A stretch of 64,000 nucleotides of DNA from Nitrosopumilus sp. (GCA_965238275.1 OZ250186.1:2112001-2176000), one strand, 5' to 3'; shown: positions 1-10,866, counted from the stretch's first letter. Notes: generated by a model not told the origin, from the sequence alone. Program-made: numbers and translations.

Positions 1-128
1 TCCTTCATCTTGCTGATGCCGATTACAGTCTCCTTGGTCAGGCCCTTCTTGCTGAGGTGGACGTACATCTCAGTCGAGTCCTTGAAATCATACTTTGAAT
101 AATCCATGTCGAGATTTTCTGTAGCCAT
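1..128 (-). CDS. sufB: Fe-S cluster assembly protein SufB, N-terminal part (runs off window)
   Basis: Manual translation MATENLDMDYSKYDFKDSTEMYVHLSKKGLTKETVIGISKMK resembles the thaumarchaeal SufB N-terminus. Confidence 0.75.
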   Translation of the reverse strand, partial: MATENLDMDYSKYDFKDSTEMYVHLSKKGLTKETVIGISKMK

Positions 129-369
129 GTTCAGGATAACTCCGTTATATTATAAATAGATGAGGAAAAATAGGCATAGCTAAATAGCTGAAGCTAAAAC
201 CCTCCAGTCACATATTCTGCGGATGCGGTACGGTTCGGATGCAAATTCGCACGCCCCCCTGCGTGCTGCTGCAGGAGACGATCGCAGGCGTCTGACAAAA
301 CATGCCAAAATGGCCGGTTTTGCCGATGCCGTCCCCTCATGGCATGCAACAGCCGGTACACGCTGCTGC

Positions 370-1104
370 TCATGACGCCTTGGAGAGATAGAGGTTAATC
401 TGTTCCTCCAATGCCATGTTGAGCTGCTCGATTGTGCGGTTTCCGTCGATCACGTTCAGGTCGTATCTTTGTTTGAGAATCCTAAACTCTCCTGCAAGCT
501 TTTGCTGGTATTTGATAAACGACTCAAACATGTCATCAGATATTCCAAGATCCGCGCCGGATTCGTAGTGATCCAGATACTGCCTCTTTGCAAATACGCG
601 GTGAACCAGAACGTACGGGTCCACGTCAACATAAAAGATCAGATCCGGCACAAGTGCAAAGCTGTACAGATCACTTGACCACTTTCGCGCAATTCCCCGG
701 ACCGTGTTTCTGGCCATCAGGGTGTAGATGTACCTGTCTGCCATGACTACGTGCCCCGACTGGAGCGCGGGAATAATCTTGTGCTCCAGCTGATCTGCAA
801 AGTCGGCTGCATAAAACAGGGCAAGTGTCCGTTTTCCCAGGGAGACGTTGCGCTTGGCCTCCAGGATTCCCTCGCTGATAATCTCGGAGCGGTTTAGCCC
901 CGTGTTTAGCACCGCGTATCCTTCCGCCTCAAGCTTTGCAGTAAGCAGCTCAATCTGCGTGCTCCGGCCCGATGCATCCGGCCCCTCAATGACAATCAGC
1001 CGTCCGGAGATCTCCAGATCCTTCAGGTATGGAATGCCGCCGGATCTCTTTGTGCCGTACCATTCTGGCATCCTGTTTGTTACCACGCCTGTCGGATCTG
1101 CCAA
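370..1104 (-). CDS. Thymidylate-kinase-family protein with degenerate P-loop (second of tandem pair)
   Basis: LIVIEGPDASGRSTQ P-loop variant, ADRY motif. Confidence 0.85.
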   Translation of the reverse strand: MADPTGVVTNRMPEWYGTKRSGGIPYLKDLEISGRLIVIEGPDASGRSTQIELLTAKLEAEGYAVLNTGLNRSEIISEGILEAKRNVSLGKRTLALFYAADFADQLEHKIIPALQSGHVVMADRYIYTLMARNTVRGIARKWSSDLYSFALVPDLIFYVDVDPYVLVHRVFAKRQYLDHYESGADLGISDDMFESFIKYQQKLAGEFRILKQRYDLNVIDGNRTIEQLNMALEEQINLYLSKAS

Positions 1105-1672
1105 TCAGGTAACCTCCTTGTGTGTCGGTCTCTCTGTCTTATCTGGCAGAAGCCGTCGCACCTCATTCCTCATTAGCTGCTGCTGTTTCGGGATAGGGGC
1201 GGTGGCATCCATGATGCAAAAGTTCTCCCGCTGGCTCATCGCCTCGTACTGGGCGATTATCCTGCTTTGGAACATCCGAAAGCTCTCGTAAGAGTCCTTG
1301 GCAAGATGCAGATCCATTCCTGCCTCGTAAAATTTTATCTTCGGCCTGCCGGAAAGAATTCTGTCCATCGCAACATCAAGGGGCACCCGAAAGTAGAATG
1401 TAATGTCCGGCTTTATTGCAAAATTGTAGACGTGCCTTACCCAGTTGGGGTCGCACCCGCGTGTGGCGTCCCTTGCATACGCGGTGTAGACGTATCGGTC
1501 TGCAAGGACAAAGTATCCTGCATGCAGCAACGGCAGGATGTTCCTCTCAAACCGGTCGGCAAAATCAGTCGCGTGAAGAAGGCTGAACGTGGTAGGGACA
1601 AGCAGTTCCTTCTTTTTTCCCTTGGAGGTAATGGAGCGGACCATGTCCGATGAGTTCCACTCGGTTCTAAAC

Positions 1673-3143
1673 CAGTAGTTGGAAATGTGTCTAATTGCAC
1701 ATGCCCAACAGTCTTTACCAAACCCATGATTAGCAACTAACTGTCCACAAATCCCGAAGATCATCACAATTGACTGTCCTGCGCACATTCCGTTGGCACC
1801 CCGGCACCGGTTGCTGCATGTCCGCGCAGCCTTGCGGCCGGCACTTGCGTGTCAATGCGTCAAGAAACACAATTCACGTGGGTGGTTCGGCCAGGCCCAA
1901 CTCTTTCATGAACCTGAGAAACAGCCTGAGCATCTTTATGAGCGTCATGTGCCTGCCGTGGAATGAGATCCGGAGCAGGTGGCGGACCAGCGCCCAGGCG
2001 TTGTAAATGAATATCGGGAAGAACAGCAGCAGCATGCGCACCGACTCGTTCCTGCTCGTGGTGCGGGGCCTGAGGGACTCGTAGTTGCTGTACGCAGTCT
2101 CCACTCCCCAGCGGAGGCGGTACTGTTCTGCGAATCCGTGTGCGCCTGTCAGGCCGCCGCCAGACTCGAACCCCAGCACCTGCGGCACCGTGGCGTTGGT
2201 GGCAAGCGTAAAGTGGCCGTTCTTCCTCTTTTGGATTATCAGTGTAAACTCGGCAGTATCGCGTCCCGAATCTATGGAATGCCGCGACACCGCCTTCCTC
2301 CTGCCGTCTTTGAACTCCTCTACGGCTTTTTTGACGCCCTTGGTCTTGATTGCAGGCACCATGAACGGGATCCCTTCACGCTCCAGCATGTTAATGATGT
2401 CCACAGAAAAGAACTCCCGGTCTATCTTTAGTGACTTGATCATTATCCCCCGCCTTCTGCAGTCTGCTATCAGTCCTGAGACCACCTCGAGGTCTGTATC
2501 TCCCCTTCTGACCAGCCGGGCTGCCAGAAACGCCCTGGAGTCTGCCACGATGCAGTTTGCAGTCGCCAGGCAGTTAAAGTTGTACGTTCCCTTTTTTGGT
2601 TTTGACTTTATGGTGTTGACGATCCTCCGGAACCTGTCGTACCTGCAGACCAGGTGTTTGTCGATTGCAATGTCCACCGGCTCCCTGAACATGCCGTGCC
2701 GCCTCATCCTGCGCACGGTGCGGTCTGTCACCGCCTGGCACCGCTTTAACATGTAGTCGTACCGGATATGGCGTATCCTGTCAAGCAGCCACCTGCCCGT
2801 GGGAATGCCCGTCCCGCCGTCCGGGTCGCTGGACCATGCAGTCTCTGCGTATTCGGTGTGCCTGCACATGCCAAACAAGCGTTCAAAAAAGTGGACCGGT
2901 CCGTACAGGGCGTTGTACCTGTCTGAGAACTTGATCTGCAACAGGGAAAACAGTACGGGACCGATGATCTTATATGCAGATTCGGCGGACTGTATTTGGA
3001 GTGATTGCTTGTTTTTCATTTGAACGTGTAAGACTCGCGCGCTCCATTTTTAACACCCAGAGTCTAATAATGGCGAACGCCTAGTGATCATAAGGAACGC
3101 GGCAAGATTAGGTGATCCTAAAAAAACACATTTCCATCTACTG
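1673..3143 (-). mobile_element. ISH3/IS4-like insertion sequence (1471 bp)
   Basis: 18-bp TIR CAGTAG(T/A)TGGAAATGTGT; 5-bp TSD TAAAC at 1668-1672 and 3144-3148. Confidence 0.92.
1874..3019 (-). CDS. ISH3-family DDE transposase
   Basis: IAIDKH, LKIDREFFS, YRLRWGVETAY (Y-R-E motif). Confidence 0.9.
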   Translation of the reverse strand: MKNKQSLQIQSAESAYKIIGPVLFSLLQIKFSDRYNALYGPVHFFERLFGMCRHTEYAETAWSSDPDGGTGIPTGRWLLDRIRHIRYDYMLKRCQAVTDRTVRRMRRHGMFREPVDIAIDKHLVCRYDRFRRIVNTIKSKPKKGTYNFNCLATANCIVADSRAFLAARLVRRGDTDLEVVSGLIADCRRRGIMIKSLKIDREFFSVDIINMLEREGIPFMVPAIKTKGVKKAVEEFKDGRRKAVSRHSIDSGRDTAEFTLIIQKRKNGHFTLATNATVPQVLGFESGGGLTGAHGFAEQYRLRWGVETAYSNYESLRPRTTSRNESVRMLLLFFPIFIYNAWALVRHLLRISFHGRHMTLIKMLRLFLRFMKELGLAEPPT

Positions 3144-3537
3144 TAAACACCTCAAACTTGTTATACCGCAGCCACTGCTCAAGCAGGCGAAGCTGGGTGG
3201 ACTTGCCGGAGCCGTCAATGCCCTCAACCACTATGAGTTTTCCGGGGGCGGCACTGTTTTTGGATGATCTTGTAACAGCAGACAATTTCAGATTTTAAGA
3301 GAGGGCAGGGCATCTATAAGTTTTTGAACCATTCCATTTCCGAGTAACATGGACAGGGCGTATCTCACGTTTCCACGGCATCAGAATAATGGGCGGATTC
3401 GGGGGTTCTGCAAAGTTACGGTGGCCCGCGACTTGACTGATCCGCATCGACTGAAGTATTCGAATCCGGCGCGACAGAACTCACGATATCCGCATGTATC
3501 CGTGATTGTGCGCTGGTATTGGATTGGGTCACTAACT

Positions 3538-5091
3538 TTACAGTCCCGATTCAGGATAATGCACGTCTGATTCAAGTGATATCCCAAGCGTGCCTTCCAG
3601 CCTCCGGCACATCTGGTGTAGCAGCATCTCCGGAAAGATGCGCGTCTTTGGACGGATTGAGAGCGTGATGGAGTCAGGTGCATCGGATGCAGCATCCACC
3701 CTTGCAGACGTCTTGTGGAATATGTCGCATATGGAGACGACAGATGATATCTTTTTGATCAGTTTCTTGTCGCTTGATTCCAGTATATTCTCAAACCTGA
3801 GTATGAGCGGATCTATCTTGTTCTTCTTTTTGGAATAGATGAGTGCCAGGGCCACTGTGAGCTGGTCCTTGTGGCTCAGGTGGCTGTCATTATCCATGAC
3901 CGAGTACAGGACATTTTCAACATCCCTAAAGGCCCCGAGGTTGTCTATCTCGGTTAATGCATAGGAGAGCAGATCCCTTTCATGACCCGACATGAGGTTC
4001 ATGGAGAACATCAGGTGTACAAGATTGCCTGCCGATTCTGCCGGATCGCTGGGACGGGCGCAGACCACGTCCCGGATATCCGAAGGGGTCAGGGATTCGT
4101 CGCCAAACTTCTTTGGGTACTGGAGCGACAGGGCAAGTGTCCCCTCCCGAAGCCCGTGGGCGCTCACCGTAAGGCTGTCAAATCCCAGCGTCTTCATAAG
4201 CTGCAGAATCACAAGATTGCCTGCCTTGACAATGTCTGCCCGCCCCTTTCCGATTGCATGTATGCTGGCAATCTTGTCTACGGGCAGGGAGTGAATGCGT
4301 TTGTAGATCTCTGCCAGCGAATCATAACCGAGCCGGTAGTTGTGCACTTTTGAGAGGCTGTATCCCCGGCGATACTGGTCGTACCTTGCCAGTGCCCGCA
4401 GGATTCCGCCCACGCCGACTAGCACCGGTCTGTCCGAATTGGGCATGCCAAGATCGTCCCGGCTTGGAAGAATCTTGCGGACGTGGCTGGTCATTCTGTC
4501 AAGATCAGTCGTCTCGTATGTGGGCCCGTCAGAAAACATCTTAGTCAGCCTCAGCGCACCAAGCGGCAGTGACAGAACCTTCTTGATCTCATAGTTTTTG
4601 GCAAGCACCATCTCAAGGCTGCCCCCGCCAATATCAAAGAACAGTACGGATGGAATACGGAGGGCCCGGAGGGCTCCGGTGTATGAAAATACCGCCTCGT
4701 CATGATCTGAAAGTATCCTAAAGTCAAAGCCGGCTTCCCTGTGGATTCTTTGTACTATCTCGTCCCTGTTCTTGGCGTCCCTTATGGCGCTTGTGGCAAC
4801 GGATATCACATAGGATATGTTCTCAAAATCAACAATATTTCTAAAGAGCTTGAGGGACTCTACGGTTTTGTCTACATATTCCTCCCTGAGAATCTCGTCT
4901 TCCATGCCGTCAAAGAGCTTGAGGCGTACGGATTCCTGGTGGTATGGCTTGTAGGTACCGTAGCGGTTAATGGCATAGTTTGCAAGCTTGACAGAGTTTG
5001 AACCGAGATCCAGGACGGATGCGACCTTGATTTTCATGGGATTCCGGGCTTGTGCCGGTTTTGTTTCTGCACTGTCGCCCAATTGATTCAC
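3538..5091 (-). CDS. ppx: Ppx/GppA family exopolyphosphatase
   Basis: VLDLGSNSVKL, ATSAIRDA, DIGGGSLE, GLREG motifs. Confidence 0.93.
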   Translation of the reverse strand: MNQLGDSAETKPAQARNPMKIKVASVLDLGSNSVKLANYAINRYGTYKPYHQESVRLKLFDGMEDEILREEYVDKTVESLKLFRNIVDFENISYVISVATSAIRDAKNRDEIVQRIHREAGFDFRILSDHDEAVFSYTGALRALRIPSVLFFDIGGGSLEMVLAKNYEIKKVLSLPLGALRLTKMFSDGPTYETTDLDRMTSHVRKILPSRDDLGMPNSDRPVLVGVGGILRALARYDQYRRGYSLSKVHNYRLGYDSLAEIYKRIHSLPVDKIASIHAIGKGRADIVKAGNLVILQLMKTLGFDSLTVSAHGLREGTLALSLQYPKKFGDESLTPSDIRDVVCARPSDPAESAGNLVHLMFSMNLMSGHERDLLSYALTEIDNLGAFRDVENVLYSVMDNDSHLSHKDQLTVALALIYSKKKNKIDPLILRFENILESSDKKLIKKISSVVSICDIFHKTSARVDAASDAPDSITLSIRPKTRIFPEMLLHQMCRRLEGTLGISLESDVHYPESGL

Positions 5092-5095
5092 ACCC

Positions 5096-5599
5096 CTATC
5101 TGCATAGTTTTATTTGCCGAGGGGTAATGAGACTGCGCAGCGTCCCGGTAATTTTGGAGTTGTGTGTATTGCCATCCAGGATTGCAAGTCCCCCTTTTTT
5201 GAGATTTATCGCAGCAGTAGCACCAGCCTGCGATATTATTGATGAGACCAAACAGGAAAGATGGGGCTCATGGCCGACAAGAAGTATCCGGGTATCCGGG
5301 GGCAGTTTGGCAAGCAGCCTGTGCACGTCTGTCACGCTGGATTCGGGTTTCATCTCGTTCCACACGGTTACTGTCATGTCATCCCCATGGAGGGATCTTG
5401 CCACGATATCGGCAGTCTCCCTGGCCCGGGCAAGCGGACTTGACACCACATAATCAAAGGGGATGTTGATGTTCCTTATTCCGTCGGCTATCAGTTCCAT
5501 CTCATGACGGCCGGCAGGTGTCAGTCTTCTTTTGGCATCTCTCTGGACCCCGGCTGCAAAGCCCTCTGCCTTTCCGTGCCTCAGTATGTAGATCTTCAT
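5096..5599 (-). CDS. sixA: Phosphohistidine phosphatase SixA
   Basis: LRHGKAE, SSPLARARETA, LVGHEP. Confidence 0.92.
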   Translation of the reverse strand: MKIYILRHGKAEGFAAGVQRDAKRRLTPAGRHEMELIADGIRNINIPFDYVVSSPLARARETADIVARSLHGDDMTVTVWNEMKPESSVTDVHRLLAKLPPDTRILLVGHEPHLSCLVSSIISQAGATAAINLKKGGLAILDGNTHNSKITGTLRSLITPRQIKLCR

Positions 5600-5869
5600 T
5601 TGAGTTTAGGTTGAATATGGTTTCAAATAAGTTCATGCATTTGGCCGGATGGCCGATGCCGTCCAGAAAGCGGTTTGCGTCAGTTGACGCAGGAATAATG
5701 GCAATTTAATGCACGGCTGGACAATGCGTATTCAGGCATCTGCGTTGAAAGTACCAAACAAGACGACATCATGTGTTGTGGGATATGGTGTGCCGTATGG
5801 CAGAACGCAGCGGGGCTCCGGACATTCCGGTACGCCACTTGCCGTCCCTGCCAACTCCTGCAACAGGCG

Positions 5870-6667
5870 TCATGGAGCCGGGAGCAGGTCCTTGAGGGTG
5901 TCAAATGCGCCTGAAACCGTATGGACCTGGGATATTTTGTTTGGCACGCCAAACTTTTTCAGCTCGTCTGCAGTGAACGGCCCGATTGCAACCACGGCTG
6001 TCTTCTGCAGGTACGAGGACAGGGCTGCAGCATCGTGATCACGGGACATTATATCAAAGAACCCGCGCACAGACGACGCGCTGGTAAACACGACTCCGTC
6101 CACTGCACCCTCGGAGAACGCCTTGCGGAACCCGTTCCATTCCGTGGTGTCCTGGAAGGCGCACACGTCATAAAGATGAACCTCCAGCACGTCCAGGCCT
6201 ATCTTGTTTAGGAGTTCCTTGAGGAACGGGGTTGACGCCCCGCTTCTGGGAATGATGACTTTTTTGCCCACGGCGTTGAGTCCTGTAAACACCTCCCCCA
6301 CGCCCACAGACGAGTATGTCTTGGGAGGCATCTGGTTGACGCGTATTCCCTGCTCTTTGAGGGCCTCCCCCGTCTTTGGGCCCACTGCAACCACCGCGGT
6401 GTTGGCCACTGCAAGCCGCAGCTCATCAAGCTTGGAGTTTTGTCTGGCAGTCTCAAACAGCAGCCTTACTGCCTTGGAGCTCATAAAGACGGAATAGTCC
6501 GGAGAGTATTCTGCGGCATGCCCCAGAAACTCGTCTACTATCTGCAGGCCCCTGCTGACCAGCTGTATTGTGGGCAGCGCGTACGTCATTATGCCCTCCC
6601 CCTCGGCAAGACTGACAAACTCGGCTGCATCGTCAGGGGAGCGCGTTATCGCAATGGTCCGGTTCAT
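5870..6667 (-). CDS. hemD: Uroporphyrinogen-III synthase
   Basis: IAITR, VAVGPKT, VVFTSASSV, AIGPFTA; in hem cluster. Confidence 0.9.
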   Translation of the reverse strand: MNRTIAITRSPDDAAEFVSLAEGEGIMTYALPTIQLVSRGLQIVDEFLGHAAEYSPDYSVFMSSKAVRLLFETARQNSKLDELRLAVANTAVVAVGPKTGEALKEQGIRVNQMPPKTYSSVGVGEVFTGLNAVGKKVIIPRSGASTPFLKELLNKIGLDVLEVHLYDVCAFQDTTEWNGFRKAFSEGAVDGVVFTSASSVRGFFDIMSRDHDAAALSSYLQKTAVVAIGPFTADELKKFGVPNKISQVHTVSGAFDTLKDLLPAP

Positions 6668-7407
6668 GGCCTCCATCCGATCGTCTTGTGCAGGTCAACG
6701 ACCCTGCCAATTATGATGTTGGCAGGCGGTGCAATCCCATTTTCCTCTACCAGCCTTGCAATATCAGAGATTGTTCCGGTGATCATTTTTTGTCCCGGCG
6801 CGGTGCCGTCCTGAATCACTGCAACAGGCATGTCCTTGTTCATTCCCCCGGCTGCCAGCTGCCCGCAGATGGTACCAATTCGGGACAGTCCCATCATGAT
6901 TACAATCGTGTCAACAGAACCTGCAAGATTCATCCATTTGACGGATTCTGCCTCCTTTTGCGGATCCTCGTGGCCGGTTACAAACACCACAGACGAGGAG
7001 TGCCTCCGGTGCGTGAGCGGAATGCCGCAATATGCCGCAGAGCCCATCCCGGAGGTAATGCCGGGAACTATCTCATACCGGACTCCGTGTTTTTGGAGAA
7101 ACTCGGCCTCCTCGCCCCCCCTGCCAAAGATGAACGGATCCCCTCCCTTGAGCCTGACGACTGTTTTTTTGAGTCGGGCATGCCTCACCATCAGATCGTT
7201 TGTGGCATCCTGATGGGTCGTCTCATCGCCGACTGCGCGGCCGACGTACACCTTTTCTGCGGATGCAGGTATCATTGCAATTATCTTCTCGCCTACAAGC
7301 CGGTCATACAGCACCACGTCTGCGTCCCGTATAAGCTCGGCTGCGCGCAGCGTGATCAGCTTGTGATCACCGGGGCCTGCACCCACAAGGTAGACTGTAC
7401 CTGTCAT
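6664..7407 (-). CDS. cobA: Uroporphyrinogen-III C-methyltransferase
   Basis: VYLVGAGPGD, RLKGGDPFIFGRGGEE. Confidence 0.95.
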   Translation of the reverse strand: MTGTVYLVGAGPGDHKLITLRAAELIRDADVVLYDRLVGEKIIAMIPASAEKVYVGRAVGDETTHQDATNDLMVRHARLKKTVVRLKGGDPFIFGRGGEEAEFLQKHGVRYEIVPGITSGMGSAAYCGIPLTHRRHSSSVVFVTGHEDPQKEAESVKWMNLAGSVDTIVIMMGLSRIGTICGQLAAGGMNKDMPVAVIQDGTAPGQKMITGTISDIARLVEENGIAPPANIIIGRVVDLHKTIGWRP

Positions 7408-8336
7408 TTCGTGTTCCACTCCTCCACCTTTGCCCTCCAATTTAATGCAAGTCTGCCGATGCCCCTCCTTTGCATCTCCATTCCCGCGTCTGCTCCCAGT
7501 CTGCCCGGATCAGTCTTTCGGCCCCTCTCTTCAACCACAATGGAGTCGCTCCCGTCCACAGAGTATGCATGGGCCTTGATGCTCATCATGTCCCCGTCTG
7601 GTCTTGCATATGCGCCTATGGGAAACCTGCATCCGGATTCTATCATGCTGGACAGGGCGCGTTCTGCATCGGCTGCAAGCCTGGAATCGGGATCCTCAAT
7701 GCTCCCAAGCATCCGTATCGTGGCCTCGTCATCCTCCCGGGCAACCATGGCAAGGGCGCCCTGGCCTGGAGACGGGGAAAAGTCATCAGTATGAAGCGTC
7801 TCATACCGGACATCCAGGCCCAGCCTGCGGATTCCGGCCGCTGCAAGGACCACCCCGTCAAAGGAGCCGTCTGTCTTTCGTATCCTGGTCTCAATGTTTC
7901 CGCGGATTGGCCTTACCTGTACATCGGGCCTCATCCGGCGCACCTGGACTGCCCGTCGCAGGCTGCTGGTGCCGATAACCGAGTCTTTTGGTAGTGATTC
8001 CATGGAATGGCCGTCTGGCGTAACCAGCACGTCATTGACCTGCTCCCTTTTGGGAACAGACGCCAGAACCAGCCCCCCAGGCAGTCCTGACGGCACGTCC
8101 TTCATGCTGTGGACGGCAAAATGCACCCTGCCCTCGAACACGGCCCTGTCCACGTCCTTTTCAAATATCCCCCTTTGGTCTATTGCAAAGAGCGGCCTGG
8201 GATCGGTATCCCCCTTTGTGGCTATCGGGACCATCTCGTAATCGCAGTCAGGATTGGCATCCTTCAGCATGTCTATGACCCAGCGCGTCTGGGCCAGGGA
8301 CAGCCTGCTGCCGCGCGTTCCGATAAGATACTTCAA
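7404..8336 (-). CDS. hemC: Hydroxymethylbilane synthase
   Basis: IGTRGSRLSLAQ, AVHSMKD, GTSSLRR, IRGNIETR. Confidence 0.96.
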   Translation of the reverse strand: MKYLIGTRGSRLSLAQTRWVIDMLKDANPDCDYEMVPIATKGDTDPRPLFAIDQRGIFEKDVDRAVFEGRVHFAVHSMKDVPSGLPGGLVLASVPKREQVNDVLVTPDGHSMESLPKDSVIGTSSLRRAVQVRRMRPDVQVRPIRGNIETRIRKTDGSFDGVVLAAAGIRRLGLDVRYETLHTDDFSPSPGQGALAMVAREDDEATIRMLGSIEDPDSRLAADAERALSSMIESGCRFPIGAYARPDGDMMSIKAHAYSVDGSDSIVVEERGRKTDPGRLGADAGMEMQRRGIGRLALNWRAKVEEWNTK

Positions 8337-9610
8337 TTTATCACCGCTTTAAGGCCGGACCTGTACGCCTCAACGGCGCGATTCAGGTCAGAGATGGTAT
8401 GCGCGTTGGACAAAAAGACCACCTCAAACTGCGACGGTGCAACAAAGACGCCGCCCTTGAGTAGCTCATCAAAGAGCCGCTTGAACCTGCAGGCATCGGC
8501 ACCCATGGCAGTGGCATAGTCGGTTACGGGTTCCTCTGAAAAGAATATCTGCATCATGGATGATGCGGAGTTGATTTGATGGGGGATTCGGTAGTCGGTT
8601 GCAATGTCACCAATCTCCCTTGAGAACCGCTGGCAGTTTCTCTCCAGTTTGGAGTACAGCCGGCCCTTGAGCCGGTTGATCACCCGGAGGGACGCAATGG
8701 CTGCACTGACGGCTACGGGGTTTCCTGCAAACGTGCTTGCCTGGTACACCCTGCCGGAGGGGGCAAGCTGTTCCATTATGTCCCGTCTTCCCCCCACGGC
8801 GGCAATGGCAAATCCGTTGCCAAGCGCCTTGGCCATCGTGGTAATGTCGGGCCTGACGCCAAAGTACTCCTGCGCCCCGCCCGGCGAGACCCGGAACCCG
8901 GTAACCACCTCGTCAAATATCAGCACGATGCCGTTCTGCCGGGTTATTCTTCTTACCTTTTCTAGAAAGTTTTTCTCAGGCATGATCAGTCCCATGTTTG
9001 CGATAATCGGCTCAATTATTACGGCTGCAATGTCGTCATCCCCGTTTATGATACCCTCAAGATCGGCATAGTTGTTGTACTGTGCGACAAGGGTGTTCCT
9101 TGATACCTCCTCCAGCCCCCCCTCGGATACGGATATTCCGTTGTGTGCGGCCCCCGAGCCTGCCCTGACCAGAACCGAATCGTGCGCCCCGTGGTAGCAG
9201 CCTTCAAACTTTACTATCTTGTTCTTCTTGGTGTATCCCCTTGCAAGCCGGATTGCAGTCATTGTAGCCTCGCCGCCGGTGTTTACCAGCCGCACCATCT
9301 CGATTGACGGATAGTTTTCCATAATCATATCAGACAGGGTTATCTCCTGTTCTGTCGGGGCGCAGTACAGCGTTCCAAGATCCAGCTGCGCGGCAACGGC
9401 CCTGATGATCTCCGGCCTGCGGTGGCCCAGCAGCAGCGCCCCGTACCCGTTGCAGAAATCGGCAAGCCGCCTCCCGTCTGCGTCCCATATGTGGCATCTG
9501 TCAGACCGCCTTACAAAAAACGGGTACGGCTCAAAATACCTCACAGGGCTGTTGACGCCGGACGGAATAACCCCCCTTGCCTTCTCAAAGAGTCTCTCTG
9601 ACTTTGACAA
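8333..9610 (-). CDS. hemL: Glutamate-1-semialdehyde 2,1-aminomutase
   Basis: GVNSPVR, FEGCYHG, IFDEVVTGFR, PSQFE. Confidence 0.96.
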   Translation of the reverse strand: MSKSERLFEKARGVIPSGVNSPVRYFEPYPFFVRRSDRCHIWDADGRRLADFCNGYGALLLGHRRPEIIRAVAAQLDLGTLYCAPTEQEITLSDMIMENYPSIEMVRLVNTGGEATMTAIRLARGYTKKNKIVKFEGCYHGAHDSVLVRAGSGAAHNGISVSEGGLEEVSRNTLVAQYNNYADLEGIINGDDDIAAVIIEPIIANMGLIMPEKNFLEKVRRITRQNGIVLIFDEVVTGFRVSPGGAQEYFGVRPDITTMAKALGNGFAIAAVGGRRDIMEQLAPSGRVYQASTFAGNPVAVSAAIASLRVINRLKGRLYSKLERNCQRFSREIGDIATDYRIPHQINSASSMMQIFFSEEPVTDYATAMGADACRFKRLFDELLKGGVFVAPSQFEVVFLSNAHTISDLNRAVEAYRSGLKAVIN

Positions 9611-9756
9611 CGCCGGATGTAGTGTTCGGGCATTATTAATTCATAAGACAGCATGTTGTGCCTTCCCCGCACGGGCATCCACGGATACGGCCGGCTGGTA
9701 TGCAGCCACGCCATCACCATCATTCACATGCAGGTACGAACGCCAATCCTGCACAT

Positions 9757-10434
9757 CTATGACTCCCGCCTCTGCCGTTCAAACCGTCCCCGAAACAGGA
9801 CAGCGACGATCACGGTTCCCACAAAGGGCGCGCTCCAGTACAGCCAGAGATAATCAAGCACTCCTGAGAACAGCGCAGGCGCCAGCGCCCTTGCAGGATT
9901 CATCGATGCCCCGGATATGAAAGACAGGAAGAGTATGTCCAGCCCCACTATCCCGCCGATTGCAATCCCGCTGAATCCCCTCAGCCCCTTCGTATACACC
10001 ACTGCAAATATCACCGCCATGAGCAGTGCAGATGCCAGTACCTCCACTGGAAATATCAAGGACAGTGGATAGTCCGGACTTGGCGCGTTTGCCCCAAGGT
10101 CAGCCTCTCTGCCAATCACGCCCATCACGAACAATGATCCCAGCAGGGCCCCGATCATCTCTGCTGCAAAATACCACGCTATCTGTATCCTCGTGATGTG
10201 CCCTGTGATGTAGTACCCGATAGTCACTGCGGGGTTGAAGTGGGCCATTGAGATCCGTCCAAACGAGTACACCCCGATTATCAGTGCCACAAACGGTGCA
10301 GCAGCCGCAATCCAGACCCCGTACAGTCCCCCGACCTGGACATCATGCACTATCGAGCCGGTTGCAAATACCACAAGGACAAACGTCCCCACCAGTTCCA
10401 CTGCAAACATTTGAAGGTTGGAGTACGCCATCAT
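9757..10434 (-). CDS. MIP-family channel (aquaporin/aquaglyceroporin)
   Basis: Two NPA motifs (HFNPAVT, SMNPARA), six hydrophobic helices. Confidence 0.93.
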   Translation of the reverse strand: MMAYSNLQMFAVELVGTFVLVVFATGSIVHDVQVGGLYGVWIAAAAPFVALIIGVYSFGRISMAHFNPAVTIGYYITGHITRIQIAWYFAAEMIGALLGSLFVMGVIGREADLGANAPSPDYPLSLIFPVEVLASALLMAVIFAVVYTKGLRGFSGIAIGGIVGLDILFLSFISGASMNPARALAPALFSGVLDYLWLYWSAPFVGTVIVAVLFRGRFERQRRES

Positions 10435-10826
10435 GCATCGAGTTCTTCAATCAGGCGCAGAACCCGCCCCCTTATCTCATCACGAATCCTCCTGGCCTGC
10501 CCAATGTCTGCATCCCTGGGATCCGTTATCTTCCAGTCGGCCATGCCCTTGACAAGTGTTACAGGGCATGACTCCTCATCGATGCATCCCATGCTGATTG
10601 GGACTGATTCGCCGAGCATCCTGTCTGTCAGTACCTTGGGCTTCTGCTGCGTAATGTCTATTCCAACCTCCCCCATCACCTGCACCACAATAGGATTCAG
10701 CCCGGATCCGGGTTCTGTGCCTGCGCTCATTACATCAAGGTGCGGAGCAAGATTCCGGATGAACCCCTCTGCCATCTGGCTGCGTCCCGCATTCTCCCTG
10801 CAGATGAAAAGGATTTTTCTTGCCAT
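10431..10826 (-). CDS. arsC: LMW-PTP-fold arsenate reductase
   Basis: FICRENAGRSQMAE P-loop, resolving cysteines GCIDEESCP, DP motif. Confidence 0.88.
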   Translation of the reverse strand: MARKILFICRENAGRSQMAEGFIRNLAPHLDVMSAGTEPGSGLNPIVVQVMGEVGIDITQQKPKVLTDRMLGESVPISMGCIDEESCPVTLVKGMADWKITDPRDADIGQARRIRDEIRGRVLRLIEELDA

Positions 10827-10866
10827 GCCATCATATAAATATTAGTTTATATAAATTTACATTTAT

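Larger units (their letters stand above)
1105..3285 (-). pseudogene. Thymidylate-kinase-family protein (canonical P-loop) split by an ISH3-type IS
   Basis: 5' part 3285-3144 encodes GKLIVVEGIDGSGKSTQLRLLEQWLRYNKFEVF. It joins in frame to RTEWNSSD...ADRY at 1672-1105 once the IS and one TAAAC are removed. Confidence 0.9.

Noticed and set aside
1105-1788. 227-aa ORF as a complete protein
   Set aside because: Its N-terminus derives from IS sequence; the true 5' end with the P-loop is at 3144-3285.
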